A stretch of DNA of 64,000 nt from the NCBI GenBank assembly GCA_963720465.1, contig OY970393.1, positions 1,984,001 to 2,048,000 on the forward strand, written 5' to 3'. This DNA is from Methanobacteriota archaeon. Lineage in GTDB: Archaea; Halobacteriota; Bog-38; Methanoflorentales; Methanoflorentaceae. Position 1 is the first letter of the stretch. Every line of letters begins with the position of its first letter. Both the position numbers and the translations under genes were made by a program. This document shows, one piece after another, positions 39,462-50,438 of the stretch. The notes under the pieces were generated by a model. That model searched no databases. It was not told the origin of the DNA and saw only the letters and a program-made list of their open reading frames with translations.

Positions 39462-39695
39462 TCACTTACTGCCTTCAGGGGCTAAGTCATCAGAAACTAT
39501 AATGATATCGCCAACGCTTATGATTTTCGACCACGGAACAATTGTTTCCCCTTTTAGCAAGCCTTTTGAGACATCTAATGAAATTTCCTTATTATCCCAA
39601 TTGATTAGGACATCTCTTACCTTTCCCACGTTGACCCCGCTAAGCGTCGAAACGTCTTTGTGCAATACTCCACGCGTCATAATGACACCCTTCAT
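39462..39695 (-). CDS. PRC-barrel domain protein
   Basis: GVNVGKVRDVLI…VPWSKIISVGDIIIV. Confidence 0.85.
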   Translation of the reverse strand: MKGVIMTRGVLHKDVSTLSGVNVGKVRDVLINWDNKEISLDVSKGLLKGETIVPWSKIISVGDIIIVSDDLAPEGSK

Positions 39696-39932
39696 ATATT
39701 GGACGTCGTGTTATGTATAAAAAATGTTCCTTTGAGCATCTTTAAATCAGAATACGTGCTCAAAAAAGGTAGACTTGCAAAGAGCAGTTGAGCAGTACGG
39801 CCAGCTAAGTGTGTGCAGTGTGCTCGAGCATTTTCAGAAAACTCAGGTACGCGATCGGTGTTAAAGCGTTTGGCAGCTGTCTAATGTTAGTTGAACTTTT
39901 CACAAGCAGATAGATCTGCGCCGCTGCCAGAA

Positions 39933-41744
39933 TTAGGGTCTTGCAGGTCGCTTTTCGGGTTTCTCCGCGTTGATCACGCCTTTTGCCCCGTCAACTGGTA
40001 GCTCCTGCTCCCTAATATTTAGCGGCGTCGCGTTGTACCAGAAGCTGTTGAAGAGCTCCTTTTCGATAAAAATGAACTCAGAAATGTCCGTTCTGAAGGC
40101 TGACTTGTATACCACATTATCTATGTCGCCGGTGTCGTAGATATAACTCGTTCCGAGCAGCTTGTCATCATCGGATATAAAAATTCCTGCCCCAGTCTCC
40201 GATTCAAGATGCCGAATTTCAAAATACTTCGTAAGCAGACGCGCTTCTTCGATGTTGACGCTTTCAATAGGTGCCAGCAAACGATACGTAATCTTGGGCA
40301 TCTCTCTATCCTTGATCAAATTATAGAGCCGTTTTACCCCCATACGAGTTTGGATCACGTTAAATTCATTTTTTGATCTGTCGAGCATTTCGTAGAAAGC
40401 TTTGTAGACGTTCTCCCTCTTCTTTATGACTTGGATCGTCTGCACCACTCGTCCTGCCGTCAGCTCTTGTTCTCTGTACCGCAGCTCGATTCCTGAGTGC
40501 CACATGTCTTCCATCATCGAGTGCTGCGTTTCAACGAAGCTCTGTGTATTCGTATAAATTGAATTATAGAGCTCTGCGCCCTTGTCACTAAATGAATAAA
40601 GCAGCACTTGCATAACTTGCTGATCGATGATTACCCCCGTGCTATGGACGATCTGAGGGATGTGGCGCACATCGGCACGTTCCGCGATTTCCTGCGCCGC
40701 TTGCAGATTATCCTTGTTAATCTCGGCCATTACAATCACGTCAATACCTCGTTGCCGCGCATCCTTTGGAATGAGTGGTGCGAGAATCGGCAAAGCTTCG
40801 CTTCTGATCCACAAGAATATCTCTTTGTGGGCAGTGTTTATGAGCGACGCGAAGTCTTGCACGATCTCCTGGTAGTCAGTAATGACGCGCGTGACCTCGA
40901 TAGGCTTACCCGTCTCTATCTCTTGTATCCTCAAACGGGCTTCTATCCCTTTGTCCCAGAGTGATTGAAACAGGGAACTCTGGATTTCAATAAATCCGCT
41001 GTTGTTCGACCACAGCGACGGGGTTAGTTCGACTCGCTCTAACTCGTCGAGATCCTTTGTTACGCCCGTATACATCGCCTCTTTGCAGTCTGAAATGACG
41101 ACAGCGAAATTGCTCATCATTGGTGAGTGTCGTATCTTGAAGTACTTAGAGAGCTGCTTTACTACATCGATATTGTTTGGCGTAATCGGAACCAGGATCC
41201 TTAGATCTTCGATCCTGCATTTGTGCTCATCATCTACAAAATAGTCGCAAAGCACTTTGTCCCATCGAAGGAGCCAAAACTCGGTAGAAATGATCCAGAG
41301 CCTTTTTTCTGTAGCGTGGAAGGTCTCGAGGCGCCGGTCGATAATATCGTCTTTGTCATACAGAATGATAAAACCCTCTTCGATCGGACACCATTCGATA
41401 GGCAGGCCTTGCGCTTTTGTGCGCTCAACGTCCCACAGCTCGAGCAGCGTATCTCGCGCCTCGCTGAGGCCCTGTAACTTCGCGGCCTCGTTACTAATGG
41501 CAGGATTTAGCAAGGAGGACGGATATGCAGCTACGAATGTTTCCGGATTGGTCGATATGCGCTTAGCGAGCCCTTGTTTCGAAAGCTCTAGCAGGACCTT
41601 GTTAGCACCGTGACTAGTGAGATGAAGCGATTCGGCTACTTCACCTGCAGTTCGTCGTCCGTTCTGTAGCAGATGAAGGTAAACCTTCCCGGCTTCTTTT
41701 TTGAGGCCGAACTGTGAAAAAAGACTCAATATATCCGCTGGCAT
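39933..41744 (-). CDS. TrmB-family regulator with three tandem effector-like domains
   Basis: N-terminal FGL…EAxVYLxLL…TA.EVA wHTH; three repeats of IRH…I.D…F..LW. Confidence 0.8.
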   Translation of the reverse strand: MPADILSLFSQFGLKKEAGKVYLHLLQNGRRTAGEVAESLHLTSHGANKVLLELSKQGLAKRISTNPETFVAAYPSSLLNPAISNEAAKLQGLSEARDTLLELWDVERTKAQGLPIEWCPIEEGFIILYDKDDIIDRRLETFHATEKRLWIISTEFWLLRWDKVLCDYFVDDEHKCRIEDLRILVPITPNNIDVVKQLSKYFKIRHSPMMSNFAVVISDCKEAMYTGVTKDLDELERVELTPSLWSNNSGFIEIQSSLFQSLWDKGIEARLRIQEIETGKPIEVTRVITDYQEIVQDFASLINTAHKEIFLWIRSEALPILAPLIPKDARQRGIDVIVMAEINKDNLQAAQEIAERADVRHIPQIVHSTGVIIDQQVMQVLLYSFSDKGAELYNSIYTNTQSFVETQHSMMEDMWHSGIELRYREQELTAGRVVQTIQVIKKRENVYKAFYEMLDRSKNEFNVIQTRMGVKRLYNLIKDREMPKITYRLLAPIESVNIEEARLLTKYFEIRHLESETGAGIFISDDDKLLGTSYIYDTGDIDNVVYKSAFRTDISEFIFIEKELFNSFWYNATPLNIREQELPVDGAKGVINAEKPEKRPARP

Positions 41745-41864
41745 TCTTTACCTCTGCATCTCCAGCTCCCGGCTCTGAGCAACGAGTTATTGAAGGGTCC
41801 TAACTAACGATCGTTGCACAGCTTTGAAAACTGCCGTAACTGCTGTTAGTTGGGGGTTGGCTGG

Positions 41865-42266
41865 TTATGCGATTCTTTTTCCTGCGTTTGGCCCTGGAGC
41901 GAGGTCGTACACTTCTGTTACCTTTAGTATCGCACAGCCCTTTGCAGGCAGTTTTTCATTTCGGCTCTTGATCTTCTGTTTCATCATCTCGTAGTCAGGT
42001 CCTTCAGTCACATAGTTTGCTATGCCCTTGAGTTGATAGCCTTCATAACCCTCCCACGATGTAAGGGCAACGCTACAATTTGGCTTCTTCAGGTTGTCAG
42101 CAGTTTTGTGCCAAAAGTTGTCGCCGACGAGAATTGTTTCGGGGTCTTTTACGATGACGAATTGATTGGGTACTACGTTCGGTATACCGGCGTCGCTCAC
42201 CGTTGCGAATACTATAGTCTTCACAGCGCTAATGTTGTTGACTACCTTTTCTGGCAGGTTCGTCAT
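41865..42266 (-). CDS. Pyridoxamine 5'-phosphate oxidase-like FMN/F420-binding protein
   Basis: ATVSDAGIPN, GDNFWHKT..NL, GYQLKG and PGPNAGK motifs; GGAGGTG RBS. Confidence 0.88.
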   Translation of the reverse strand: MTNLPEKVVNNISAVKTIVFATVSDAGIPNVVPNQFVIVKDPETILVGDNFWHKTADNLKKPNCSVALTSWEGYEGYQLKGIANYVTEGPDYEMMKQKIKSRNEKLPAKGCAILKVTEVYDLAPGPNAGKRIA

Positions 42267-42550
42267 TGAGTGCACCTCCATTTAGTATTCATTGGTAGAG
42301 CACTCAGCGATAATAAAAACCTTTCTCCGGCTCAGAGAAGGCTGAACAGCCTTTCTGAACGGTAACCAGCAACAGACGCCGCGTTGCCAGATGCGCCGCT
42401 GAAAGGCTAGATGCTAGAGAGATCGCGCATAGGCGACTCCGGTGCCGCCCACGAAATCAAATAAAGCTGCCTATGCTAGCTGGGGAACTCGCTTTGGGTG
42501 ACTATATGCTAGAAAAAATCCATATTGAATCAATCACATATGCACGGCTG

Positions 42551-43021
42551 ATGTCTAAAACGTACGTGCTTGACGCTCCAGTGTTTATTTATGGCGTTCA
42601 CGTCGTTGGCTCTATGTACACAGTTCCTGAGGTAACCCGCGAGCTGAAGAGCTCTCAAGCGACAGTGGTACTGCAAGAGTTTCTAAAGGAGGGCCTGAAA
42701 ATCGAAGAGCCGTTGAAAAAAGCAATAGACGTTGTCACGGAAAAGGCTAAGTCGACGGGTGACCATCTTAGGCTGTCTCAAGCCGATATTGACTTGCTGG
42801 CGAAGGCACTTGAAGTAAGCGGTACGCTGGTTACGGATGATTATTCCATTCAAAATGTCGCGGCGCGCCTCGGGATAGAGACGCAGCCGATCCAGCAGGC
42901 ACGCATCAAACGCGTGCTGAAATGGAGACGCAGATGTGTCGGATGTGGTCGGTTGTATGAAACGGAAACGATCTGTCCTGTCTGCGGATCTGAGGTGAGA
43001 GTTAAGCCGGTGAAGAGGTAA
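42551..43021 (+). CDS. nob1: Nob1-family PIN endonuclease
   Basis: VLDA, LSQADID, TDDYSIQN and C-terminal CxGC…CPVCG. Confidence 0.92.
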   Translation: MSKTYVLDAPVFIYGVHVVGSMYTVPEVTRELKSSQATVVLQEFLKEGLKIEEPLKKAIDVVTEKAKSTGDHLRLSQADIDLLAKALEVSGTLVTDDYSIQNVAARLGIETQPIQQARIKRVLKWRRRCVGCGRLYETETICPVCGSEVRVKPVKR

Positions 43022-43046
43022 CTTTGACAGGTGGAAGGATCAGAAT

Positions 43047-43640
43047 ATGAACGATTTGAACGATCTCATAAACAAAGCGCAGGAACTACGCGAGAAAGGG
43101 TTGCGTTCCGGAGAGATAGCGGACGAACTGAACATATCACGAGAAACGGCAACGTGGCTTCTCACCCGCTCCAAGAGTTCACAAGAGCCCGTGCCAAAGG
43201 ACATATACGTAAACTGGAGCGAGATTGGGCAAAAAGCAGAGAGGCTCAGATTCGTCTCGCTCGCGTTGGTCGACCTGATCTTGGAGACGGGTGATCCTGA
43301 CGTAGTAATCGGCGTCGCGCTCAGTGGACTACCTCTTGCGACGCTTGTCGCCGATGAAATCGGAGCAGAGCTCGCAGTGTTTGTTCCACAAAAACAAAAG
43401 GGATCTGAAAATGGCGGCGTTAAGGGCTCATTTAGTCAAAACTTCGCTGATATTGCGGGAAAAAGCTGTGCGATAGTCGATGATGTAATAACCACTGGAA
43501 GCACGGCGATTGAAATCATAGAGAGCATCAAAGATATGAAAGCAACGCCACTATCGGTAGCGGTTCTTATTAACAAGAAAGGGATTGATCAAGTCCAGAA
43601 CGTTCCGATCAGGTCGCTTGTTCAAATAACTATTTTCTAA
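43047..43640 (+). CDS. gfcR: GfcR / orotate phosphoribosyltransferase-like regulator
   Basis: N-terminal HTH EIADELNISRETATWL and PRPP motif IVDDVITTGST. Confidence 0.85.
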   Translation: MNDLNDLINKAQELREKGLRSGEIADELNISRETATWLLTRSKSSQEPVPKDIYVNWSEIGQKAERLRFVSLALVDLILETGDPDVVIGVALSGLPLATLVADEIGAELAVFVPQKQKGSENGGVKGSFSQNFADIAGKSCAIVDDVITTGSTAIEIIESIKDMKATPLSVAVLINKKGIDQVQNVPIRSLVQITIF

Positions 43641-43662
43641 TCGTCGCGACTCGCCGCAGGAA

Positions 43663-46575
43663 GTGCAAGTGGTAACTTCTGAACTTGCTGAAATTCGAGC
43701 AATTGAGAAGAAGTGGCAGGATCGTTGGTTTCGCGATAAGATATTTGAACCAAAGAGCGCAGGGTCGAAGAAGTACTTCTTAACGACGCCGTATCCGTAC
43801 ACGAGCGGACCGCAGCACATAGGCCATACGCGGACCTATAACCTTGCTGATATTCACGCTCGGTTCATGCGAATGAACGGCCACAACGTGCTGTGGCCGA
43901 TGGCGTGGCACATCACAGGCACACCCATCTTAGCTATTAGCTCGTGCATAGAGCGTTGCGAAAGCGCCACGATAGCGCTTTATGAGAACTACGTTCGCCT
44001 CTATGAGGACGACGAGTCGCGCGTTGAGCAGATCGTCAACTCGTTTGCGGATCCTTGGAATATCGCGAACTACTTTGCAGCTATGATCGCGCCTGATTTC
44101 AAGAAGATGGGCTTCTCAATCGACTGGTCCCGGCAGTTTACCACCGGCGACCTCGTCTACAACCAGTTTATTCGATGGCAGTACGGCAAGCTGATGGAGC
44201 TAGGGCTGATCGTGCGCGGACAACACCCAGTGCTCTTCTGCACGATCGATCAAAACGCCGTCGGGGAAGACGATATCGCCGGCGGCGACGTTGAGAAGAT
44301 ATCAATCGACGACTACATCGGGATCAAGTTCTCTTTAGACGAAGCTTATGTCGTCACGGCCACGCTGCGCCCTGAAACAGTTTTTGCGGTAACAAATCTC
44401 TGGGTTGCGCCAAACGCGACCTACGTCAAAGCCTACGTCGACGGTGAGGTGTGGATCATTTCCCACCAAAGTGCCTCCAAGTTGCGCTATCAGCAGCGGG
44501 AGGTCACTATCATTGAGGAGTTCCAGGGCACCTCTCTCCTAGGGGCTCATTGCATCAGCCCTCTCGGACGTAAAATACCTGTTCTTCCGGCGTCTTTCGT
44601 CGATTCTGATCACGGTACCGGAATCGTCATGAGTGTCCCCGCTCACGCCCCCTATGATTGGGCAGCGCTGAACGACCTAAAGCAGCAAGGGAGCACAGAT
44701 TTAGACGTTGATATCTCATCGTTAAGCCGCGATATTCAAGCTATACAGCCGATATCTCTCGTCAAAATCGACGGGTACGGGGATTTTCCCGCAGCAGAGC
44801 TATGCGAGCGATACGGCGTTCGGTCTCAACTCGACGACAAGACGCTTAGCCATATTACCAACATACTTTACAGAGAGGAATTTTATACCGGGATTCTCAA
44901 GCAAGCTGCTGAGCAATTTGATGGCCGGCTAGTGCGCGACGTAAAGCAGGATATCGTTGAATTCCTCAATAGTCGAAATGCCGCGTCGAGCATTTATGAG
45001 ACCTCAACAAAAGGACTCTGTCGATGCGGAGGCCGGGTGGTTGTCGCCGTAGAGCCTGGCCAGTATTTCCTCAACTATGGCGACCCTCACTGGAAAGAAA
45101 AAGCATTCGAATTGCTTGACCAGCTTGAAATCGTACCAGAGACATACCGAGCACAGTTCGTCCAGACGTTTGAGTGGCTCGATCAACGACCGTGCGTTCG
45201 GCGTAGGGGGCTTGGGACGGAATTTCCATTCTCAACCGAGCACTGGATAATTGAGCCGCTTTCTGATTCCGTTATCTACATGGCGCTCTATACCGTCATC
45301 AAGCACATACGCGAGTGTGACCCTGAGCGGCTAACGCCAGCCTTCTTTGACCACGTTTTCCTGGGCAAGGGCGACGTTACGGACGTCTGCCAGCAAACAG
45401 GTTTGCCAGAGACGGTGATCAGAGCTGCGCGAAAAGATTTCATATACTGGTATCCGAACGATCATCGGCACACTGCTATCGCCCACATATCCAATCACCT
45501 GAGCTTCTTTTTGTTCCATCACGCGATACTGTTTCCGGAGACGTGCTGGCCAAAGATCGTCACTCTCAACGAGCTTCTCGTTCGCGAAGGGGTGAAGATG
45601 TCGAAAAGCAAGGGTAACGTAATTCCCATTGCGACAGTTCCGGAGGTCTATAGTGCAGACCTCGTGCGGCTGTGTCTGGTGTCCATTGCCGATCTGAATT
45701 CAACCGTTGACTGGACAGAAAAAGACGTCGACATGGTCAAAAAGAGGCTTCTGAGGTTTTGGCACGCGACGAAGAGGGATGTCGAAGCGGCGAGGCCGGA
45801 ATACAATGGGCAACTCTCCTTTGCGAGTCGATGGATACTCGCAGCGACTAAGGCTATGGTATCCAAAACGTCTGAAGCCGCACATCAATTCTCGTACAGA
45901 AAGTACGTCACTGAAGCGTTTTTTGAGCACTTAAACCGGGTTGAAGAGTATAAATCGATGATTTTGGACGGTAACGAGAAGCGTCGCACGCTCTGGGACG
46001 TCATCGATATATGGCTCCGTGTGCTAGCGCCAGTTGTGCCTCACATTGCTGAGGAGCTGTGGGAGAGAATGCAGAAGTCTGGTTACATTTCCCTCGCAGA
46101 ATTCCCGCTGTATAACGATCTTTATGCCGAAACACTTCTGCAAAAGGGCTTTTTAGATGAAGTGATCAGTGATATCTCAAACATACAAGCCGCAATAAAG
46201 CGGGAAACCGAATCAATTTTCATCTACCTTCCGGCTCAGTGGAAATACACCCTCTACGCCGTCGCGCGTGGGCTTGATGATCCGTCGATCAAGAACATCA
46301 TAGCCCGAGCCAAAGACGACCCCCTTCTGCGTATGTACGTAAAAGAAATCGCTCGTGTCGCACCTGATCTTGTCAAATCGCTCGCTCACGAGGCCTCATC
46401 TGCCGACGCCCTCGACTTCAAGGCCGAATCAGACGCTCTTCTCGCGGCTAAGGACTACATGACGCGAAAATTTGGGAAACACGTGTACGTCTGCGCAGAA
46501 AATGACAACGTGTACGATCCTGCGAATCGCGCGAGGCGAGCACTTCCCATGAAACCGGCAATCTACGTTGAGTAG
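43663..46575 (+). CDS. leuS: Leucyl-tRNA synthetase (archaeal type)
   Basis: PYPYTSG..HIGH, ATLRPET, VMSVPAHAPYD, KMSKSKGN and PMKPAIYVE motifs. Confidence 0.97.
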   Translation: MQVVTSELAEIRAIEKKWQDRWFRDKIFEPKSAGSKKYFLTTPYPYTSGPQHIGHTRTYNLADIHARFMRMNGHNVLWPMAWHITGTPILAISSCIERCESATIALYENYVRLYEDDESRVEQIVNSFADPWNIANYFAAMIAPDFKKMGFSIDWSRQFTTGDLVYNQFIRWQYGKLMELGLIVRGQHPVLFCTIDQNAVGEDDIAGGDVEKISIDDYIGIKFSLDEAYVVTATLRPETVFAVTNLWVAPNATYVKAYVDGEVWIISHQSASKLRYQQREVTIIEEFQGTSLLGAHCISPLGRKIPVLPASFVDSDHGTGIVMSVPAHAPYDWAALNDLKQQGSTDLDVDISSLSRDIQAIQPISLVKIDGYGDFPAAELCERYGVRSQLDDKTLSHITNILYREEFYTGILKQAAEQFDGRLVRDVKQDIVEFLNSRNAASSIYETSTKGLCRCGGRVVVAVEPGQYFLNYGDPHWKEKAFELLDQLEIVPETYRAQFVQTFEWLDQRPCVRRRGLGTEFPFSTEHWIIEPLSDSVIYMALYTVIKHIRECDPERLTPAFFDHVFLGKGDVTDVCQQTGLPETVIRAARKDFIYWYPNDHRHTAIAHISNHLSFFLFHHAILFPETCWPKIVTLNELLVREGVKMSKSKGNVIPIATVPEVYSADLVRLCLVSIADLNSTVDWTEKDVDMVKKRLLRFWHATKRDVEAARPEYNGQLSFASRWILAATKAMVSKTSEAAHQFSYRKYVTEAFFEHLNRVEEYKSMILDGNEKRRTLWDVIDIWLRVLAPVVPHIAEELWERMQKSGYISLAEFPLYNDLYAETLLQKGFLDEVISDISNIQAAIKRETESIFIYLPAQWKYTLYAVARGLDDPSIKNIIARAKDDPLLRMYVKEIARVAPDLVKSLAHEASSADALDFKAESDALLAAKDYMTRKFGKHVYVCAENDNVYDPANRARRALPMKPAIYVE

Positions 46576-46593
46576 GTAGAGCTGGGGCGCAGA

Positions 46594-46923
46594 TTAGCCC
46601 CCTCTGGCGCGTTTTACTGCTTCTTGAGCCTTTTTTGCACGCTGTTTTGCTGTGTATCCGGTAGCTTTTTCCAGAAAACAGCGGAACCGCGCGTTCGTAT
46701 CGATCATTACTGCTTCGGGAACGCTGGTACTAGATTCGGTATCTACGAGCAACGTATCGGCCACACGTATCGTAATCTTTTGCAGTGCCCCGTAGCTTAA
46801 GCGGTACTCTTCGTCGCGCACGTTGATGTCGATGCCAAAGCACACCCTGAGTGCTTCGACAACCCGCTGATTGGCATCCTTCTTGAATCCTCGCTTGAAC
46901 GCATATGCTTGAATTGCAGTCAC
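46594..46923 (-). CDS. DUF5611-like conserved archaeal protein
   Basis: YAFKRG, SYGAL and FLEKATGYTAKQR motifs. Confidence 0.75.
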   Translation of the reverse strand: MTAIQAYAFKRGFKKDANQRVVEALRVCFGIDINVRDEEYRLSYGALQKITIRVADTLLVDTESSTSVPEAVMIDTNARFRCFLEKATGYTAKQRAKKAQEAVKRARGG

Positions 46924-47106
46924 GACCTGTGGGCGATGAGACCTATACGTTCTTTGCGGCGCATTGTTTATATGCGCTCCGCAAAGGACGCGATTATCCG
47001 AGGCCGTTCTGAGACCAAGAGAAGAGTCGCGGAATGGTTAGATAAAGTATTTACTTAGTAATGGGTCATTGTTTAGAAAGTGAGCAATTATGGACGCTGA
47101 TACATT

Positions 47107-47856
47107 ATGAAAGCCGGAACGACTGACAACGAATACGTTAACATGATTATTGAAGAAGAGGTGAGTTCAAAGAACCCCACAATCCTCGAGGGATTCCCCG
47201 GAATCGGCCTCGTTGGCAACATCGTGGCCACACAAATAGCATCCGAGCTCAAAATGAAGCAGATAGGAACTATCGAATCTCGCCTATTTCCGCCCATTAC
47301 GGTGCTCTTTGATGGACTCACGCACGCCCCAGTCAGAATCTATGACGATCCTCAAAACAACTTCATCGTAGTGCTATCGGATATCCTCATTCACCCAATG
47401 ATTGCTTATGACATAGGGAAAGCAGTTATTGGCTGGGCGCAGAGCCTGAATGCGAAACTCAATATACCAATCGCCGGTATCGCTACGATGCGCGAAGAAC
47501 GCACCGTTTATGCCGCCGCGACTGGCGCCGAACAACTTGGTCTCGTGAAGGATAAAACCGAGACCTTGGTGACGGGAAGCATCTCGGGTATCGCCGGAAG
47601 CATAATGAATGAGAGTCATGTTAACAAGCTCCCGGCACTTTGCCTCTTGGGAGAAACCCAAGGCCCCACTCCCGATCCCCGCGCAGCTGCTCGAGTCATC
47701 GACGTGGTAAGCAACGTATTGAACTTGAACATCAGCACGCAGAAGCTGGTTGAGGAAGCGGACCAGATCGAAACAGAGCTACACAAGCTTGCTGAGCAGG
47801 TTCAAGGGGCAGAACAGACCGAAACGAAGGGACCAACTCAGGTCATGTACGGGTGA
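47107..47856 (+). CDS. Proteasome assembly chaperone (PAC2 family)
   Basis: EGFPGIGLVGNI, PVRIY, PDPRAAA and C-terminal MYG. Confidence 0.92.
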   Translation: MKAGTTDNEYVNMIIEEEVSSKNPTILEGFPGIGLVGNIVATQIASELKMKQIGTIESRLFPPITVLFDGLTHAPVRIYDDPQNNFIVVLSDILIHPMIAYDIGKAVIGWAQSLNAKLNIPIAGIATMREERTVYAAATGAEQLGLVKDKTETLVTGSISGIAGSIMNESHVNKLPALCLLGETQGPTPDPRAAARVIDVVSNVLNLNISTQKLVEEADQIETELHKLAEQVQGAEQTETKGPTQVMYG

Positions 47857-47860
47857 GCAC

Positions 47861-48253
47861 ATGAGACATCTAGCTTTGACCGGTATATCAAAAGAGTCAA
47901 TCGACGACCTCGAGATAAAGCGCATTAGAACTTTTGAGTTGCGCAGTGCTCATAACATCCCAATTGTTTTTGCGGCTGACGTTGGTGACGAAGTGTTTGT
48001 GACGGACACCAGTCGGCACGACCTTGCGATCGGCACGACTGGGGTTTTAGCTCGCGTGCGCAACAAAACCATTTCAATGCAAAAAGTCTCACACAGGGTG
48101 GGCGACTTCTATGAAGAACGTGAGGTTATGTCGGCCCGGGTTCAGCTCGAGCTGCGCGAACACACGTGCCGGCTGCGTGGCATTGAGGACGCAGGTCCAG
48201 GCAAGATCATCGCAGTCGAGACCGCAGAAGTAAGCCACTGTGAAGGTCGATGA
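47861..48253 (+). CDS. DUF473 family protein
   Basis: ALTGIS…RTFELRSAHN motif; ATG after GGTGA RBS. Confidence 0.8.
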   Translation: MRHLALTGISKESIDDLEIKRIRTFELRSAHNIPIVFAADVGDEVFVTDTSRHDLAIGTTGVLARVRNKTISMQKVSHRVGDFYEEREVMSARVQLELREHTCRLRGIEDAGPGKIIAVETAEVSHCEGR

Positions 48254-48487
48254 ACTGATCTGAGCTTAAACTGGGCTCGGCTCCGTGTAAGTTGCGCCCC
48301 ACACGAGAACGCCTTGCGATACGTGGAGGACGAAGGCATCCGTGTGCAGATGCCGGCGCTTTTTTCATTGTCTGTTGCGCTACGAGAGATGCTTCAGAGG
48401 CCGGAGTCCTGCTGCTGAAAGCGACCCGCTGCTTAGTCGCCTTATCTGACACATTTATAAGTATGAGTTGCTAGCATGGAATAAAAG

Positions 48488-48562
48488 GGGCCCGTGGCTT
48501 AGTCAGGATATAGCACCGGCCTTCTAAGCCGGTGGTCGAGGGTTCAAATCCCTCCGGGTCCG
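48488..48562 (+). tRNA. tRNA-Arg(TCT)
   Basis: GGGCCCG/CGGGTCC acceptor stem, CCGGC-CTTCTAA-GCCGG anticodon arm; TTTATAA box upstream, T-tract downstream. Confidence 0.97.
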
Positions 48563-48837
48563 TTTTTTTCTTTGCATCTCACGCGGCCTTAGAAAACGTT
48601 TCCGAAGTTGTTGGTTGGCAATCGCTTATATTGCGAGGCGAACTTGCGCCAGCCGAACCGAAATCGGACGCGGTCAGTCAGCATTCGTTTCTCTTCTCGC
48701 GACTGGGGCTTTGGTGGCTTGAGTGTGACTTGAATGGCGATCCCGGTGCACGCCGTGAAACACCGCAAAGACTAAGTTTATCGTCGGCGAATGCCCGCTG
48801 TAGCTATGCTCGCATCGCGCTACGCTAAAGGGGAGTT

Positions 48838-50178
48838 ATGATCTTCAGCGCTGATGAAATACTCGAGACACTCGACATGATCCTCTACGAGCATCTCGAC
48901 ATACGAACAGTCACTGTAGGCATCAACTTGATGGGCTGCGTGCGAGACGACCCTAAACGAATGGCCCAAGCTGTGCACGATCGGATCGTGTCTATTGCGT
49001 CTAATTTGCGCTCAGAAGCCGATCGAGCGGTAGCGCGCTATTCGTTGCCGATAGTAAACAAGCGCATCTCGGTAACGCCTATTGGCTCCTTGATCGACGT
49101 CCATCCGCAATCTGGTCCATTGATAGCGCGCGCGATGGACGAAGCCGCGTCCGAGTTAAACGTCGACTTTATCGGAGGCTACTCGGCCCTCGTCCAGAAA
49201 GGCTTTACAATCGGGACTGAGGCACTCGTGAGTTCAATTCCGGAGGCACTGAGCACGACAGAAAAGGTGTGTGCCTCCGTGAACATCGCTACGACCAAAG
49301 CGGGCATCAACATCGATGCCGCGCTGCGAATGGGTAGAGTCATCAAGGAGCTTGCTCGCATCGATCCGCCGCTTTGCACCCGTTTGGTTACCTTTGCAAA
49401 CGCGCCGCCTGATAATCCGTTTATGGCCGGTGCTTTTCACGGCCCAGGCGAACCCGAATCGGTCGTGAACGTGGGTATATCGGGCCCAGGCGTCATTAGG
49501 GCTGTAGTGGAGCGGATGGGAGATTGTGACCTTGGTGAGCTTGCCGAGGTTGTCAAACGCGCCGCATTCAAGATAACTCGCGTGGGGGAGTTGGTAGGCA
49601 AAGAGATAGCGGCACGAATGAATGTTGATTTCGGAATTGTCGACCTTTCGTTAGCGCCTACCCCCCAGAAGGGGGACTCTGTCGCACAGATCATCGAAGC
49701 AATGGGGGTTGAGCGGTGTGGGGCGCCCGGAACGACCGCTGCACTCGCTATGCTTACTGATGCCGTCAAGAAAGGAGGCGCGATGGCGTCTTCACGCGTC
49801 GGGGGCCTCAGTGGTGCGTTCATACCGGTCAGCGAAGATGCTGGCATGGCTGAAGCAATCAGCGTCGGTGCCATTGGGCTTGAGAAACTTGAGGCAATGA
49901 CGTCTGTATGTTCGGTTGGGCTTGACATGGTGTGCATTCCTTCTGCGACACCAGCCGAGACAATCGCGGGAATAATTGCTGACGAGTGCGCGATCGGGGT
50001 CATCAACGACAAAACGACGGGTGTGCGGCTTATTCCCGTAGGAAAGGAAGGAGACATGATTGATTTCGGCGGATTGCTCGGGGCTGCGCCGGTGGTGCCA
50101 ATCAACGCATTTAGCTCCAAAAAGTTCATCAGAAGGGGCGGTTCGATTCCGGCGCCGCTTAGGAGCCTCGGGAACTAA
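48838..50178 (+). CDS. PFL-like UPF0210 (DUF711) family protein
   Basis: [29 protein letters not shown] and CSVGLDM motifs. Confidence 0.93.
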   Translation: MIFSADEILETLDMILYEHLDIRTVTVGINLMGCVRDDPKRMAQAVHDRIVSIASNLRSEADRAVARYSLPIVNKRISVTPIGSLIDVHPQSGPLIARAMDEAASELNVDFIGGYSALVQKGFTIGTEALVSSIPEALSTTEKVCASVNIATTKAGINIDAALRMGRVIKELARIDPPLCTRLVTFANAPPDNPFMAGAFHGPGEPESVVNVGISGPGVIRAVVERMGDCDLGELAEVVKRAAFKITRVGELVGKEIAARMNVDFGIVDLSLAPTPQKGDSVAQIIEAMGVERCGAPGTTAALAMLTDAVKKGGAMASSRVGGLSGAFIPVSEDAGMAEAISVGAIGLEKLEAMTSVCSVGLDMVCIPSATPAETIAGIIADECAIGVINDKTTGVRLIPVGKEGDMIDFGGLLGAAPVVPINAFSSKKFIRRGGSIPAPLRSLGN

Positions 50179-50216
50179 CAAAAGCGCTCGCGCTTGCTCG
50201 TTGCAGAGCAGATTGA

Positions 50217-50304
50217 CGGGCCCGCTGGGATTTGAACCCAGGTTCTTGGATGTCTCCGCACAGGCTCCGAAGTCCAAGAGGATAGTCCACTACCCTACGA
50301 GCCC
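50217..50304 (-). tRNA. tRNA-Arg(TCG) with 15-nt intron at 37/38 (50252-50266)
   Basis: TTGGA-CTTCGG|AGCCTGTGCGGAGAC|A-TCCAA; CTTC:GGAG helix flanked by two 3-nt bulges (BHB). Confidence 0.93.
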
Positions 50305-50438
50305 ATAGTTATCCGAAGGAGCTTATCGGTATTGAAACTAACTCGGAAAACTACAAATAAGGTGCCCTCCTTATTACTTTAGCGCATCTGGGGGGCCTGA
50401 TGGCTCAAATAAGCGCGTAAGTGTTCTGCGACCTTTTC

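Noticed and set aside
48272-48281. TGGGCTCGGC (and a 9-bp match near 5643) as a second att copy of the tRNA-Val 3' end
   Set aside because: Only 9-10 bp of identity, compatible with chance
48563-48837. Possible integration site or structured leader after tRNA-Arg(TCT)
   Set aside because: No integrase or tRNA-end duplication; only short GC stems that I cannot distinguish from background
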